Virus record (IMG/VR): IMGVR_UViG_3300020204_000008
Source of the DNA: a virus
Strand: one strand, 5' to 3'
Length of the DNA stretch: 64,000 nt
Below, one piece after another: positions 1 to 10,853 of this stretch; positions within the stretch are counted from its first letter, which is position 1; each line of letters opens with the position of its first letter. The position numbers and the translations under genes were made by a program. Under the pieces are notes generated by a model. It was given only the letters and a program-made list of their open reading frames with translations, had not been told where the DNA came from and did no database searches.

Positions 1-1
1 A

Positions 2-3000
2 ACCGTTAAATCCAGTAGAACTAAAGTTGAGCTTGGTTCCCATCTTAACGTTTGAAAAGGAATCAAGTACAGTGTTGTATTTTTTATTCTTTAGAGAATA
101 GAGTAGGGTGTGAGTTAGGTTAGATACTTGACCGAATTGAATTCGATAATCTCCGTTAATGCTATCATAATATTCGGTTAGAAAAGGAGTCAATGCAACA
201 AAGTTTGATGGACTTACTTGAGTGGTGCCAGATAAGGTGGAATCCAGCCAATAGCCGTCTATTTCAGAAAGGTTTCCTATGTAAACTTCAATGATGACTA
301 CGATAAATCGATAATCAGTGTGTTCGATCACTCGATATCTAATTGGCGGTTCATCATTAGAATTAATGTCCTCCATTATCGGCTTTAAGATACAGCTAAA
401 TCGGTATCCCTCAAATCGAGTAGTTATTTCCTTGGCCACAGGCTTACCGTCCGACCCTAGGACATCTGGATCAGTCACGTCCTTAAACGTTAGTTTAAAT
501 CCTTTGAAAAAAGCCTCGTATTGATCAGCTGAATTCTTGTACACCTGAGCATATCTAAATTGAGTGTCAGCAACTTCTTTTCCAGTAGCAGAAGTTGGAG
601 TATAGGTAAAATAATTGATGAAATAGTCTGGATCAGAAAGAAGGGCTACTTCATCTAATGGAGTCTCAAAGTAATTTGTGTTTTGAGCTATTAAAGTCTC
701 ATCGTTAGTATAGTTAAATTCGCTCTCAATATAGAACCATTCATGGGTAAAATTAATTGGATTTTGAGATCGATCAATATGATCTGGTGAAAAGTTATTT
801 CTACCAAAGATCAATTCAGTATTTAAACGATATGGATTATCTCTAGAATCTCGACCGTTCTTGATTCCCCATTTAGTAATATATGGAATGATTTTGGATC
901 TTAGCGCAAAGTCCAAGCTCTCATTTTCTTTATAATAATCATATTCCGTTTCAGTAAGACCGTTTAAGTATTTTGTTCTTAGTTCATACTCGTTACTTGT
1001 ATCTTGAGATACTACTTTACTTGGGTCTTTTAAGATAGAAAAACCCTCAAAACCTTTAAGCTCTTTGTTTGCATCATTGATTGGAATGGCTGAGCTTGTA
1101 GTAGAAGGATCGAATGTTACAAGCGGTGAGCCACTCACTGTTGAATAGTGAGTAGTAGTAGAAACGCTAAAACTGGATCCGGCTAAATATGTGGTTCCTT
1201 CAGTTAAGATTGATCCATTATACACGATATAATCTATTCCTGGTTCAAGTATCGTCTTGCCTTCTGGAATAAAATAATGCTGATAAAGATCAATGTTTGG
1301 AAAGTTTGTATAAGTACTTGAATAAAAATCAAGATCAAGATCCTTAATCATATAGAATGATAAAAGACCAAAGGAAGGTCTAAACTTAGGCTTCATTAAG
1401 AACTCCTTATTTAAGATCGTCGGAGTTTCGTTTTCATCTAGGACGACTGCTATTTTATTATCGTAATTAGATAGAGTCTTTGATCTTAACGCTGGTGTAG
1501 TAGAATTAGTCTCCGTGATCTCATCCACCCATTGAGAAACTTTTCTAATCTTTGACCAGCTATCTGAAGATTTTACTAGGATTGAATCGAAGTTTGCTTC
1601 TATTTTACTAAGGTGGCCGGCATCAATGATGAGCCTATTTCCAGCCTCCTTTGATCCTCCCATAAAAGAAAAGGTGGAACCGATTAGAGAATTTCCAGTA
1701 TAGATCGAATTAATCGTGATTACTGAGTATTCGTTTACTGGAGAAAAGAAGGAAACTTTGTGTAACTGATCAAAGTCACCTGGTGAATTGGCTTTGATAA
1801 ATACTCGGTCGTCGTATTGATATGCCGTGAAGGTTCGATTTCTAATACCGTTGATACAGCCGGTCAGAGCGCTTGCTATTTGACTTGCTGTCCCTCCGCC
1901 ATTCATGTAGAACTCATCGTATCCAAGTATGTTATCATAATCATTATAGACATAATATTCTCCTGGATTAGGAATCAGTGGGTATAGTTGAGTTGAGATA
2001 ATCAGGTCAAACTTACCTATTGAATCTATTTGGGTTCCGTTTGGATGATAGATCTTGATTTCATCATAGTTATCTAGTGAGGCATTAATCACTGATGCGA
2101 TAGTTATAGTCGCATCACTGTTACCTCCATCTATAGTAACGATATCGCCGACTTGATAACCAGAGCCAGGGTAATTTACTGCAACTGATAGTATTCCGCC
2201 TGACCCATTATCTGTGACATCAAGAGTTAGACCAGACCCACTTCCACCAGTCGTAGTAACACCGGTCGCACTAGTATAACTTGTTCCAGGTGAAGAAAGA
2301 TTAATTAGGTCAGCTCGACCCGCGTAATTTATTTTTATTACCGCGTGTGAATGTCCAGGAACTCGAGTTGCAGCCCCTAAGTCTTGTAGAAAATTATTTC
2401 GACTTTGTCCAAAAAATAGGCCTAGATCAATTTTAGTATTTGCAAACCTAAACTGACCGGTTGAGAGCTCTTTTCTGCATGTACCAAGAGCAGTACCATT
2501 AGTTGGGCTAGTCTCTACCCGGTATTCAAAATTATCGGTATCGACAACTGTTATTAGGTATTCACCCTCATACGCTACATCAGAAGATGAAATGATTACG
2601 ATATCACCTGTCGAGTATCCATGGGATAATATATTAGCATTAACTGTGGTATTACTTAAGACGAATGATACTTGTAGGACTGCATCAAATCCTCCACTGT
2701 TTACTGTGATAAGATCTCCACCTGAATAGTTTACACCTCCATTGACGATTACGATTGAGGCAATTCCGCCAAATCCATCGTCAGTTAGATTAACAATTAG
2801 GCCAGATCCTCCTCCAGTCAGTGCAGTAGTAGTTACGTTATTTTGAGTAGAATAACCAGATCCAATTGAATTGACAGACACTAATTCTACCGCATTAAAT
2901 ATGGTTAGGGATAGGTTTACTGGTGTATGATTTGAATAGTCTATCACAAAAGGATCAGATAATTTAGGCATGTATAAATTAGAATCCTTATCGCTAATAT

Positions 3001-4117
3001 AATTTATAAAAAGACTATCTGAATCGACGAATGTTCTACTAAATTCAGAAACATTTATTTCTGAACTCTTATACGGAACGATGACTCCATCTGGATTAGA
3101 CTGAGTAAGGAATACTTCATCTGTCTCTAAGAATCTTTTTCTAAAGTGTGGATCGTTTTCCCAAGTACCGCGATTTAAGTATGCTCGATCCAAGTCGATA
3201 TCTAATTTAGTAAGCTCAATCGCATTAACATATACTCCTAAATATCGATTAAAATCATATTTGTTTGAACTATCGTCATTAAATACAAATTCTAAATTTA
3301 AGATGTTTGGAAAGATCACCCCGTTTCTTGAAAACCCATTGGTGATATTTTCTTCAAAAAACTTTAGTGGCTGAGATGAAGTATAAAAGTTATTTAATGA
3401 TTCGCCTCTGCTTCCAAATATTCCCTCATTTATCAATATTCCATTCCACGTGGTAAATTCGCCCTCTTCATAGAGAACGGTGAGCGGACTTGTTGGAAAA
3501 TTTACGTTATTTATGTAATCCCTTAGGTATTTTCCAGGAGTAGTCTCTGCCCTAAGATCAAATGTCTGGATGATGGATGCTTTATTGAATAAGTCGATTA
3601 AATATTCGGTCTTGGTCTCTCCAGCATCATATTTTTGTTTTACTTGATCAAGAGGAAAATTAGCTGGGTCGTTTATCTTAAATATGATGAAATAATCAGG
3701 TACCTCTTCTTTAAGATAAAGCGGTGCAAAATACGACATTCGTTCAGTATACTTGTTTGAAGCTAAGTATTTTACGCCACTAAAATAGTGAGAAAAATCG
3801 TACTGATCCTTAAAGTTCTTGGAAGTCTTAGTTGAATCTACTTGTTCATTAAGATCAAAGATAATCTCATTTGGAGTAGATCCATTATTAAAAAATCTAA
3901 GAATGTTTGCAGGATGAGACTGAGTAACATTAATCGGAACTTTAGAATAGAGATCCTTTGAGAGTTCAGGGTTAGCTTTTATTGATTCTAGCCACATGTA
4001 ACCCGAATCATTTATCGCGATCTTAACATTTCCAGTAAGCTTGGGATTGGTCCTAACTAATTGAAAACTACTATCTTCAGTTAATAACTTAACGTAGTTT
4101 ATGTCGCGATTACTCAT
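2..4117 (-). CDS. Giant virion structural protein (tail/baseplate-associated), >1370 aa, runs off the left edge; absent from the ORF track
   Basis: Manual translation: ATG at 4117 gives MSNRDINYVKLLTEDSSFQLVRTNPKLTGNVK. The same frame is open where checked (2085-2880 and the edge, ...PFSNVKMGTKLNFSSTGFNG). Contains two Gly/Thr-rich GxGY modules. Follows other structural genes. Confidence 0.8.
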   Translation of the reverse strand, partial: MSNRDINYVKLLTEDSSFQLVRTNPKLTGNVKIAINDSGYMWLESIKANPELSKDLYSKVPINVTQSHPANILRFFNNGSTPNEIIFDLNEQVDSTKTSKNFKDQYDFSHYFSGVKYLASNKYTERMSYFAPLYLKEEVPDYFIIFKINDPANFPLDQVKQKYDAGETKTEYLIDLFNKASIIQTFDLRAETTPGKYLRDYINNVNFPTSPLTVLYEEGEFTTWNGILINEGIFGSRGESLNNFYTSSQPLKFFEENITNGFSRNGVIFPNILNLEFVFNDDSSNKYDFNRYLGVYVNAIELTKLDIDLDRAYLNRGTWENDPHFRKRFLETDEVFLTQSNPDGVIVPYKSSEINVSEFSRTFVDSDSLFINYISDKDSNLYMPKLSDPFVIDYSNHTPVNLSLTIFNAVELVSVNSIGSGYSTQNNVTTTALTGGGSGLIVNLTDDGFGGIASIVIVNGGVNYSGGDLITVNSGGFDAVLQVSFVLSNTTVNANILSHGYSTGDIVIISSSDVAYEGEYLITVVDTDNFEYRVETSPTNGTALGTCRKELSTGQFRFANTKIDLGLFFGQSRNNFLQDLGAATRVPGHSHAVIKINYAGRADLINLSSPGTSYTSATGVTTTGGSGSGLTLDVTDNGSGGILSVAVNYPGSGYQVGDIVTIDGGNSDATITIASVINASLDNYDEIKIYHPNGTQIDSIGKFDLIISTQLYPLIPNPGEYYVYNDYDNILGYDEFYMNGGGTASQIASALTGCINGIRNRTFTAYQYDDRVFIKANSPGDFDQLHKVSFFSPVNEYSVITINSIYTGNSLIGSTFSFMGGSKEAGNRLIIDAGHLSKIEANFDSILVKSSDSWSKIRKVSQWVDEITETNSTTPALRSKTLSNYDNKIAVVLDENETPTILNKEFLMKPKFRPSFGLLSFYMIKDLDLDFYSSTYTNFPNIDLYQHYFIPEGKTILEPGIDYIVYNGSILTEGTTYLAGSSFSVSTTTHYSTVSGSPLVTFDPSTTSSAIPINDANKELKGFEGFSILKDPSKVVSQDTSNEYELRTKYLNGLTETEYDYYKENESLDFALRSKIIPYITKWGIKNGRDSRDNPYRLNTELIFGRNNFSPDHIDRSQNPINFTHEWFYIESEFNYTNDETLIAQNTNYFETPLDEVALLSDPDYFINYFTYTPTSATGKEVADTQFRYAQVYKNSADQYEAFFKGFKLTFKDVTDPDVLGSDGKPVAKEITTRFEGYRFSCILKPIMEDINSNDEPPIRYRVIEHTDYRFIVVIIEVYIGNLSEIDGYWLDSTLSGTTQVSPSNFVALTPFLTEYYDSINGDYRIQFGQVSNLTHTLLYSLKNKKYNTVLDSFSNVKMGTKLNFSSTGFNG

Positions 4118-4135
4118 ATTGATATATGCTCATTT

Positions 4136-7100
4136 TTAGAAGCTAGAAACTTTTCCTTTACTTTGAACTAGCGGTGCATCTAGAGTAGTCTCTTTGATAT
4201 ATTGTGCGCTTACTTGTAGATCAAATGAAAAAGGTGCATAGTCTTTTAGGATGATGTCAATTCCTAATTTCTTTGAATATTTTATATTAGTTAAAGCGTC
4301 TCCGGTTCTTCTAAATCCTCCAATATATCCAAGTTTATCTGATGCTCTAAATTGAAATAATACTGGGATATTTAAAGCATTCTCTGGACCAAACTTGACT
4401 GTTTTAGTTGATCTGGCTGGAAAGTTTCCTTCAACTGATACTGATTCATAATTAGTTGGATACATGTAAAGATAAGCTCCACATGTATATTTTCCAATAA
4501 GATATTCATCATTCTTGGTAAAACCTAACTTGATCGGATAGTGAGAATCGTTTTTACCAGAAATAGTTGTATTATCTGATGGAGTCAATGGTGTAACTCG
4601 ACTTGCTTGTTTATAGTATTCAACACTATATGCATTTGTTACTTCAGACACAGCAGTCTCAAAATGAAGTGCATGAGCAAAGGGTAAATATTTTTGAAAG
4701 TCAGCAGCCGTAATGGAAGTACCAGCATTGAAATCTGGCCTAAATACTTCTGCGATATTTGCTACTGAAAATGACGGGCCACACAGAGTAGGAAGATCTG
4801 GGTGATCTTTACTTATACAAAATTCAGTAAGTCGACCGCCGCCGTTTGGAACAGAGGAAGCATTAGTTGTTCCTGCCCATACCCTAGAATCAGTTGATGT
4901 CAATGGAATAGCAGTAGTTGGATTAAACGGTAGATAGTGACCCCAGTTTGCAGGAACAAATGACGTTGTTCCAACGGTTCGACCGCCATATGTATATGCT
5001 TGAGTATAATAAGGCACACTCGCATAAGTAGATGATGGAAAACTTGGTGAATACATTTCCTCAGATAATCCATATTCTCTTACTCTAGAGTTAATGAATT
5101 GACTCTTTACTTGACCAGATTGTGTGCTGGCCTTTTGTTTAAAGTTAGAGATTAATGGAACTGGATTTGAATTTACTCCAATTGGAACTATATCATATCT
5201 TCTATTTACATGATAATCATCATCCGGATATGCAGTAGGATTTGATGTAGTATCGACTTCATTGATTCCTCCGAATAGAAGAGATATTAATTCAAGACTA
5301 GTAGCTGACGTATTTTGGATCGATATCGCATACTGCTTAGTTATGATTGCACCTTCGTTATAGACAACAGTTCCGCCAGTCGTGTCTTTAATAAGATCTT
5401 TATAATATCCGGCAAATAATTGTATTGTATCTCCGTTTGCAACGTCTAATGAATTTCCATCAGAATCTATCACACTTACTTTGATTACACCACGATCAAG
5501 ATTAATTGATTGTTGGATCGCATCCAAAGTAGTCTGTAAGCTTTTTAATTTTTGATATAAGTCTATTACATTTCCTTCATTAGTAAAGAATCCGCTAGAG
5601 ATATCCTCGGCTATGTGAGAATAAAACTTATCACCAGACGTAAATTGATTAGCTAGATGATTGTCTAGACCTTTAGAATTTAAGCTGTTTTCAAAATCAA
5701 GCTTAGCCTTTTCAGTAAATGCTTTTTGTGAAGCTATCATACTGTCTTCTTGAGATTGAATGTTTTCTGGGAATCTTACTTGAATTACGTTTGACCATAT
5801 AGATTCGGCCGCGTTGGAAGGCCAACCGGCTTCAGACAAAGATTTTACTTGAATCTCAACTAATTCTCCCTTTCTAATTGGTATGTTTAGCTGATTTGTG
5901 TTTACTACATCAGAATCAGTAAGAGTCTCTTCCGCCCATACATAGAGTCCAGTAGTCTCATCTAACACTTTTTGTCGAGGTTTTGTTAGTACTTCATTCC
6001 ATGGAGAAAAAGTGGCAGTTTTAGTAGACCCATCAACATCAACGAATGACTGTTGTTGAGCATTGGGCTGAGTACCAGTTAAGCTTAAATATCGATATCG
6101 GTATTTGAATTGAACTACGTTTTGCGTCCCATACTTATCTAACTTAGGATTAGGTATCTGCCAAAATCCTCTAACTTCATACTTTTTATTAGTAACGAAT
6201 TGTGGTGTAGTTGATAACTGTACTGTGATATTTGTAACTAGGGAGGTGAGAGCAGCAGTCTTTTCATTACGTGCAGTAAGGGATTCAGTAAGTTGCTTTT
6301 GTAAGCGCTTAGCCTCCTTTGGAGTCTTAGAAACAGTTGTGATGTTGGCTTTAATCGAATCAATCTTCTTATTTAATTCTTCGACCTCTTGTTGAAGAGC
6401 GGCTTTTTCCTTTACGTTATTATTTAATTCAGTTATGCTCGCATCATCTTGAATGTGTTGATCTATCTGGTATACTTTAAAACTAGTTTCATCTAGGACT
6501 GGAGCATCTGGCGTTATGGCTAAGATCGAAGGTAGGGTCTTTTCTTTAGCTAAGTTTAGAAGAATTAGTCCAAAGTCAGATACGAAATTGTTGTAATAAT
6601 CAGCAAGAGTCGTAGTAGATTCATCTTGTAAAGGAATAGTCAACTCATTTGTATATAGAGCAAGCCCTTTAGAAAAATCATTGATTGTTAAGTTTTTAGA
6701 TTTACTAACAGGCTTAATAAAGATTACTTCTCTTTCATTAAAACCAACGTTTACCTGTAACTCAGGTCGACGATACGGTACTGGTTTTAGCTTAAGCACG
6801 TCTGCACCTATCGTTAAAGGATCGTTTCCAAATATTCTTTCTAATACAACTTCAGTATCAGTAGAATTAATTGAGATAACTCGATACTCAGTGTCGTTTG
6901 CTGTGATTAAGACATCGCCTTCAGCTAGCGTCTTACTGTTCTGTACTCCAGATAAAACATCTGTATAAACTAGTGTGCTTAATTTATATCGACGACGTAA
7001 TGTAGAAACAGTTGCTCCACTATTTAGTGTCTGATTTCCTGTCTCTTCTAATATATTTACGATATCGAATGTTCCTTGGAACCTATTGATTGACACTTCC

Positions 7101-7723
7101 ATATCAACAACGGTATCGTCCTCAAAGAAATCGATCCCATTATCATTAAGCTCTTGTACTAGGCTTGAATATACAAGGTCATTTTGTCCTTTATAGTTTT
7201 CATCAAAAAATGCAGCAACATCATCATTGTTTACTGAGTTAACGATGATTCTCTTAACTATGAACTGATCAATATCCTCAGTTAATACTGACGAGATATC
7301 TAAGCTCACATAGAGTAGAGGATTTAGGAAAGACTCAAAAAACCAGTTATTTTTTACTTTAAATGAACTGGGAACAGTAAACGTAGAATTTTGAACGGTC
7401 TCAAGATCTTTAATTAATTGAGACGTCTTTTTTAATTCAAACTTTCTAAGATCTCCGGTTGATGATTTTATTCCGATCACATCGCTATTTGCTGAGATCA
7501 AGGTATCGAATTTTGTGTTAATGTCTTCAATCTTACCCTTAAGATATCCAAAAGAGGGCACCGTGATATTAGTTGAAGTACCATCGACCTTGGTTTGGGA
7601 CACAGTAACGTTTTCAGAACTTGATTCTAGAATATTCTGTAGACTAAATAAAAATTTATTCATGTTGTCAATGTCGACAACTAGTCTCTTTAAAACGTCA
7701 GATAGCGTATGTTTTGTTTCCAT
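4136..7723 (-). CDS. Large putative virion structural protein with central coiled coil (1195 aa)
   Basis: Long ORF in the late structural operon; heptad-like segment ELNNNVKEKAALQQEVEELNKKIDSIK; S/T/N-rich beta composition. Confidence 0.6.
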   Translation of the reverse strand: METKHTLSDVLKRLVVDIDNMNKFLFSLQNILESSSENVTVSQTKVDGTSTNITVPSFGYLKGKIEDINTKFDTLISANSDVIGIKSSTGDLRKFELKKTSQLIKDLETVQNSTFTVPSSFKVKNNWFFESFLNPLLYVSLDISSVLTEDIDQFIVKRIIVNSVNNDDVAAFFDENYKGQNDLVYSSLVQELNDNGIDFFEDDTVVDMEVSINRFQGTFDIVNILEETGNQTLNSGATVSTLRRRYKLSTLVYTDVLSGVQNSKTLAEGDVLITANDTEYRVISINSTDTEVVLERIFGNDPLTIGADVLKLKPVPYRRPELQVNVGFNEREVIFIKPVSKSKNLTINDFSKGLALYTNELTIPLQDESTTTLADYYNNFVSDFGLILLNLAKEKTLPSILAITPDAPVLDETSFKVYQIDQHIQDDASITELNNNVKEKAALQQEVEELNKKIDSIKANITTVSKTPKEAKRLQKQLTESLTARNEKTAALTSLVTNITVQLSTTPQFVTNKKYEVRGFWQIPNPKLDKYGTQNVVQFKYRYRYLSLTGTQPNAQQQSFVDVDGSTKTATFSPWNEVLTKPRQKVLDETTGLYVWAEETLTDSDVVNTNQLNIPIRKGELVEIQVKSLSEAGWPSNAAESIWSNVIQVRFPENIQSQEDSMIASQKAFTEKAKLDFENSLNSKGLDNHLANQFTSGDKFYSHIAEDISSGFFTNEGNVIDLYQKLKSLQTTLDAIQQSINLDRGVIKVSVIDSDGNSLDVANGDTIQLFAGYYKDLIKDTTGGTVVYNEGAIITKQYAISIQNTSATSLELISLLFGGINEVDTTSNPTAYPDDDYHVNRRYDIVPIGVNSNPVPLISNFKQKASTQSGQVKSQFINSRVREYGLSEEMYSPSFPSSTYASVPYYTQAYTYGGRTVGTTSFVPANWGHYLPFNPTTAIPLTSTDSRVWAGTTNASSVPNGGGRLTEFCISKDHPDLPTLCGPSFSVANIAEVFRPDFNAGTSITAADFQKYLPFAHALHFETAVSEVTNAYSVEYYKQASRVTPLTPSDNTTISGKNDSHYPIKLGFTKNDEYLIGKYTCGAYLYMYPTNYESVSVEGNFPARSTKTVKFGPENALNIPVLFQFRASDKLGYIGGFRRTGDALTNIKYSKKLGIDIILKDYAPFSFDLQVSAQYIKETTLDAPLVQSKGKVSSF

Positions 7724-7734
7724 GTATTCTTATG

Positions 7735-9852
7735 TTATCTTATTTGATCTACCCTAAAGGTAAATGTAGTATCATCCATACAGATGATTTCAAAAATAGG
7801 TTTATTTAGTGATGGTGTAAAATCAAGATCATTAAAGAGTCCGATTACTACTCCATACACACCAGTATTATTTCTATTTAATGCATCTGTGTATATCTTA
7901 AAGTCAAATGTTCCTGGAATGATTTCATCCTCTATCACCAATCGAAGGACCTGCCCTTTTTTCCATCTAACCATTGAATCATCTATGTATAATGATAGGT
8001 CCGATGTTAGAATAGTTGGAATGGTCGCGTTTTGATGAACAAAATAATTGGTAAATGTTCCTAGGGTTAAAGTGCTGTTCGTAGCAATATTAGTTAATGA
8101 CCCATTTGCGATATTGTACTGCTGATTGATATTTACTACTCGTACCCTATTTGGTATGCTGCGATCAATCACGATACCTTCACCAGGTCGTATTCCGTCT
8201 AGGTCGTATGAGACTACGATATTTGTATCTCCAGCAATAATTGAGTTGATCTTAGAATTAGTATTATCAATCATTGCAACTAATTCTCCAGTGTTACTAA
8301 ATATCGCTTGATTTGCGATTAGAGAAGTCTCTAGGTTTGATACCCTAGTCAAGATCTCGCTCGAATCAATTGAGTTTACTAGAAGATCTTTGATTGAGTT
8401 TACCTGCTGTTGTAGAGCTTCTAACTCAAGCAATTTATTTGAAAAAGTTGTCTGTAATTGGGTAAACTTGGTCAAGACATCAGTAAATAGTTCTAGTGAA
8501 AAAGTAGAGTAGTCATTTATTGATTTTTCGACCTTTGTGTCCTCAATTGAAGTATCTAATTTAAGATTTAACTTAAATGAAAAAGAGTTTCCATTGGTTT
8601 TACTTATTGGGTCTGGCTTGTATTTTGTGATCGGTGGGATCGCAAACTCAAGGCCGCTCTGTTGGATCTTATCTAGGAATAATACACCGTACAAGTTAGT
8701 CTTGAAATCGATTGGGTTTCCATTGGAGTCCAAGTTGTTTGGATCGTATGTATCATAATAGACAAGCACAGCATTGAATTCAAAATCACGATTAGCTACG
8801 TAATCGTTAAATTGTGAAAATACTTTTATCTCTGGATTTTCACTAGCTAGTTTATAATTAGCTAAGTCAAAATCGATTGAGATACCATCAAGTGTGGATC
8901 TTTGATATTCAACTATAGTTGGTCCGAGAGTCTTTTTAATGAACTGATCAGAAGCAACGTAATATTGGTTTGAACCGTTATTATCAGTATAGTATGAGTT
9001 ATTTATGGTACCAGTAAACCAATTACCTGGAGCATATGCTCCAGCCAAAGTATTTTTGATTTGAGTGTTGACGCTCGCATCGTCTAGATCATAAAACGCT
9101 TTTAGCGTCAACCCAAAGGGATGGGTCTCGTTATAGTGACGACCGGAAAGATATTCTACGTCTAGAGGAGCAGCTAAAGTATTAGCGATCGTCATTCCAG
9201 GTTTGTAGTTATCGTCCTTTATTGATTTAAACAAGACGTGTGGAGTGGTTCCTACATTTGTTGGAACGTGTATATACACTTCAGTGTAAGAGTTTTCGCT
9301 AGAAGAAAGAGTATTTACTACGTCGATATCGCCGACGTATTTTACTACTCGATTATAGGTAGAATTGGTTTCTGGTTTTTCAACAAAGCGGTACTCAGTA
9401 TGATCTACTGGATCGACTGGTAGATTGGCTGAGTTTTTTTCTAGGGCATTTGCGTCTTGAAATCGAATCGCACCAGTCTCCTTTAGCCATTTCCAAAAAA
9501 CTCTCTCAGATACTGTTAGTCTCTCATTCTTTTTATATGTAGGTCGACTTAATAATAATGCTTCTAGGTTTAGTGCATAGTTTTGAAAATTCTCCGCTAA
9601 GTTTACGTTATTATCAGGATTAAGACCCTCAATTATTGGCGATTCACCGGCTGCCGCGAACTGTATCTTATTGTCTGTCGCTAACGTGTTTGGAGTACCT
9701 ATCTCAGGAATCCTAAGTAGCACAAACTTGGAAAATCTAACAGCGTTCTCGCTATTAGCTAGGGTGATATTTATGTCTTCAAGCGCGCTTTGGAAATTAT
9801 AAAATATTCCTTTCTTGTCCTGAACTGGCTTAATTAACGGAGTTACTGCCAT
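7735..9852 (-). CDS. Putative virion structural protein (705 aa)
   Basis: Long ORF tightly packed in the structural operon; coiled-coil stretch followed by beta-rich C-terminus. Confidence 0.55.
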   Translation of the reverse strand: MAVTPLIKPVQDKKGIFYNFQSALEDINITLANSENAVRFSKFVLLRIPEIGTPNTLATDNKIQFAAAGESPIIEGLNPDNNVNLAENFQNYALNLEALLLSRPTYKKNERLTVSERVFWKWLKETGAIRFQDANALEKNSANLPVDPVDHTEYRFVEKPETNSTYNRVVKYVGDIDVVNTLSSSENSYTEVYIHVPTNVGTTPHVLFKSIKDDNYKPGMTIANTLAAPLDVEYLSGRHYNETHPFGLTLKAFYDLDDASVNTQIKNTLAGAYAPGNWFTGTINNSYYTDNNGSNQYYVASDQFIKKTLGPTIVEYQRSTLDGISIDFDLANYKLASENPEIKVFSQFNDYVANRDFEFNAVLVYYDTYDPNNLDSNGNPIDFKTNLYGVLFLDKIQQSGLEFAIPPITKYKPDPISKTNGNSFSFKLNLKLDTSIEDTKVEKSINDYSTFSLELFTDVLTKFTQLQTTFSNKLLELEALQQQVNSIKDLLVNSIDSSEILTRVSNLETSLIANQAIFSNTGELVAMIDNTNSKINSIIAGDTNIVVSYDLDGIRPGEGIVIDRSIPNRVRVVNINQQYNIANGSLTNIATNSTLTLGTFTNYFVHQNATIPTILTSDLSLYIDDSMVRWKKGQVLRLVIEDEIIPGTFDFKIYTDALNRNNTGVYGVVIGLFNDLDFTPSLNKPIFEIICMDDTTFTFRVDQIR

Positions 9853-9870
9853 TTAATTTTTCTTTTTTTA

Positions 9871-10824
9871 TTAGAATATCGAAGTTCCGACTAGGCTAGT
9901 AGCAAGAAGACGGTCATCGTTATTTACATCAATTATGTAATTGAAAGTTACGCTAGTTCCATAAGATTCAATCGTAGACGAGATGGGAACTCCAACTGAA
10001 TTGACGTTATCATGTAGTACGATTGAGTTAGTAGTACTCAAGTTGGTTCCAGCAAGAAATTTTACTGGTATTGCTGCTGTCTGCACAGCTGGATTAATTA
10101 TGGTTGAAAAAGCAAATGAATCAATCACGTCTGCTAAATAGATCGTAAACTTAGTATTTTGTGCTGGCGGATTTGTTGCATCAAAGTCAATGATCACGTT
10201 AAACTCACTGATGTTTGCGTCAATTGATCCGACGCCATCGTATACTGGAGTCGGATCCGGCGCAGTCGATGCTTTTAGAGTAAGAAATATGTTTTGTCTA
10301 GAAGTATCAGTCAGTGTGATCGTGGCTTCAGCTGGTGTACCGATTGTTCCTGTCCAAAGCAGGTCAGCTTGTACTAATTCCTTAGATTCAATTACGCTAG
10401 AATTAATTGTGACTGGTGCATTAAAATCAACAGTTCCGTTAATTGTTGCAATAGTCGCAACAGTTAGGTCATTTAGAGTAACAATATCAAAACCGGCTGA
10501 GATGTTGGTAATCAAACGATCTACTGTAAGGATGGACTCGTTACTGATGTTTTTAGCGAGAGTAGCAATGATCGTTGGCGTCGGTGAACCCGTCTGGTAG
10601 ATCAGGCCGGTGTCCTGTAAGATGACGGTGTCCGCTTTTAAATAATTGATTGGAGTGTCTGTGCCAATTGACTTATTTGTGACGTCTATTTCAAGATCAT
10701 TTATTAGATCTTCAAGCTCAGCTTGAAGAAGCAAGGTGTTTGCGTTAGTTATAGTAGCAATGTCGGTAACAAAATTAGTCAATAGCATCTGCTGAATGGG
10801 CAGCGAAATCGGCGTAAACGGCAT
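9871..10824 (-). CDS. Putative structural/fibre protein (317 aa, Thr/Ile/Asn-rich)
   Basis: ORF composition; late-type ATAAATAA motif upstream. Confidence 0.5.
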   Translation of the reverse strand: MPFTPISLPIQQMLLTNFVTDIATITNANTLLLQAELEDLINDLEIDVTNKSIGTDTPINYLKADTVILQDTGLIYQTGSPTPTIIATLAKNISNESILTVDRLITNISAGFDIVTLNDLTVATIATINGTVDFNAPVTINSSVIESKELVQADLLWTGTIGTPAEATITLTDTSRQNIFLTLKASTAPDPTPVYDGVGSIDANISEFNVIIDFDATNPPAQNTKFTIYLADVIDSFAFSTIINPAVQTAAIPVKFLAGTNLSTTNSIVLHDNVNSVGVPISSTIESYGTSVTFNYIIDVNNDDRLLATSLVGTSIF

Positions 10825-10843
10825 AATTAATTAATTATTTTAG

Positions 10844-10852
10844 TTATTTATT
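10844..10852 (-). promoter_or_regulatory. Late promoter motif (ATAAATAA)
   Basis: Resembles T4 late promoter TATAAATA; about 20 nt upstream of ATG; motif recurs before structural genes. Confidence 0.6.
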
Positions 10853-10853
10853 A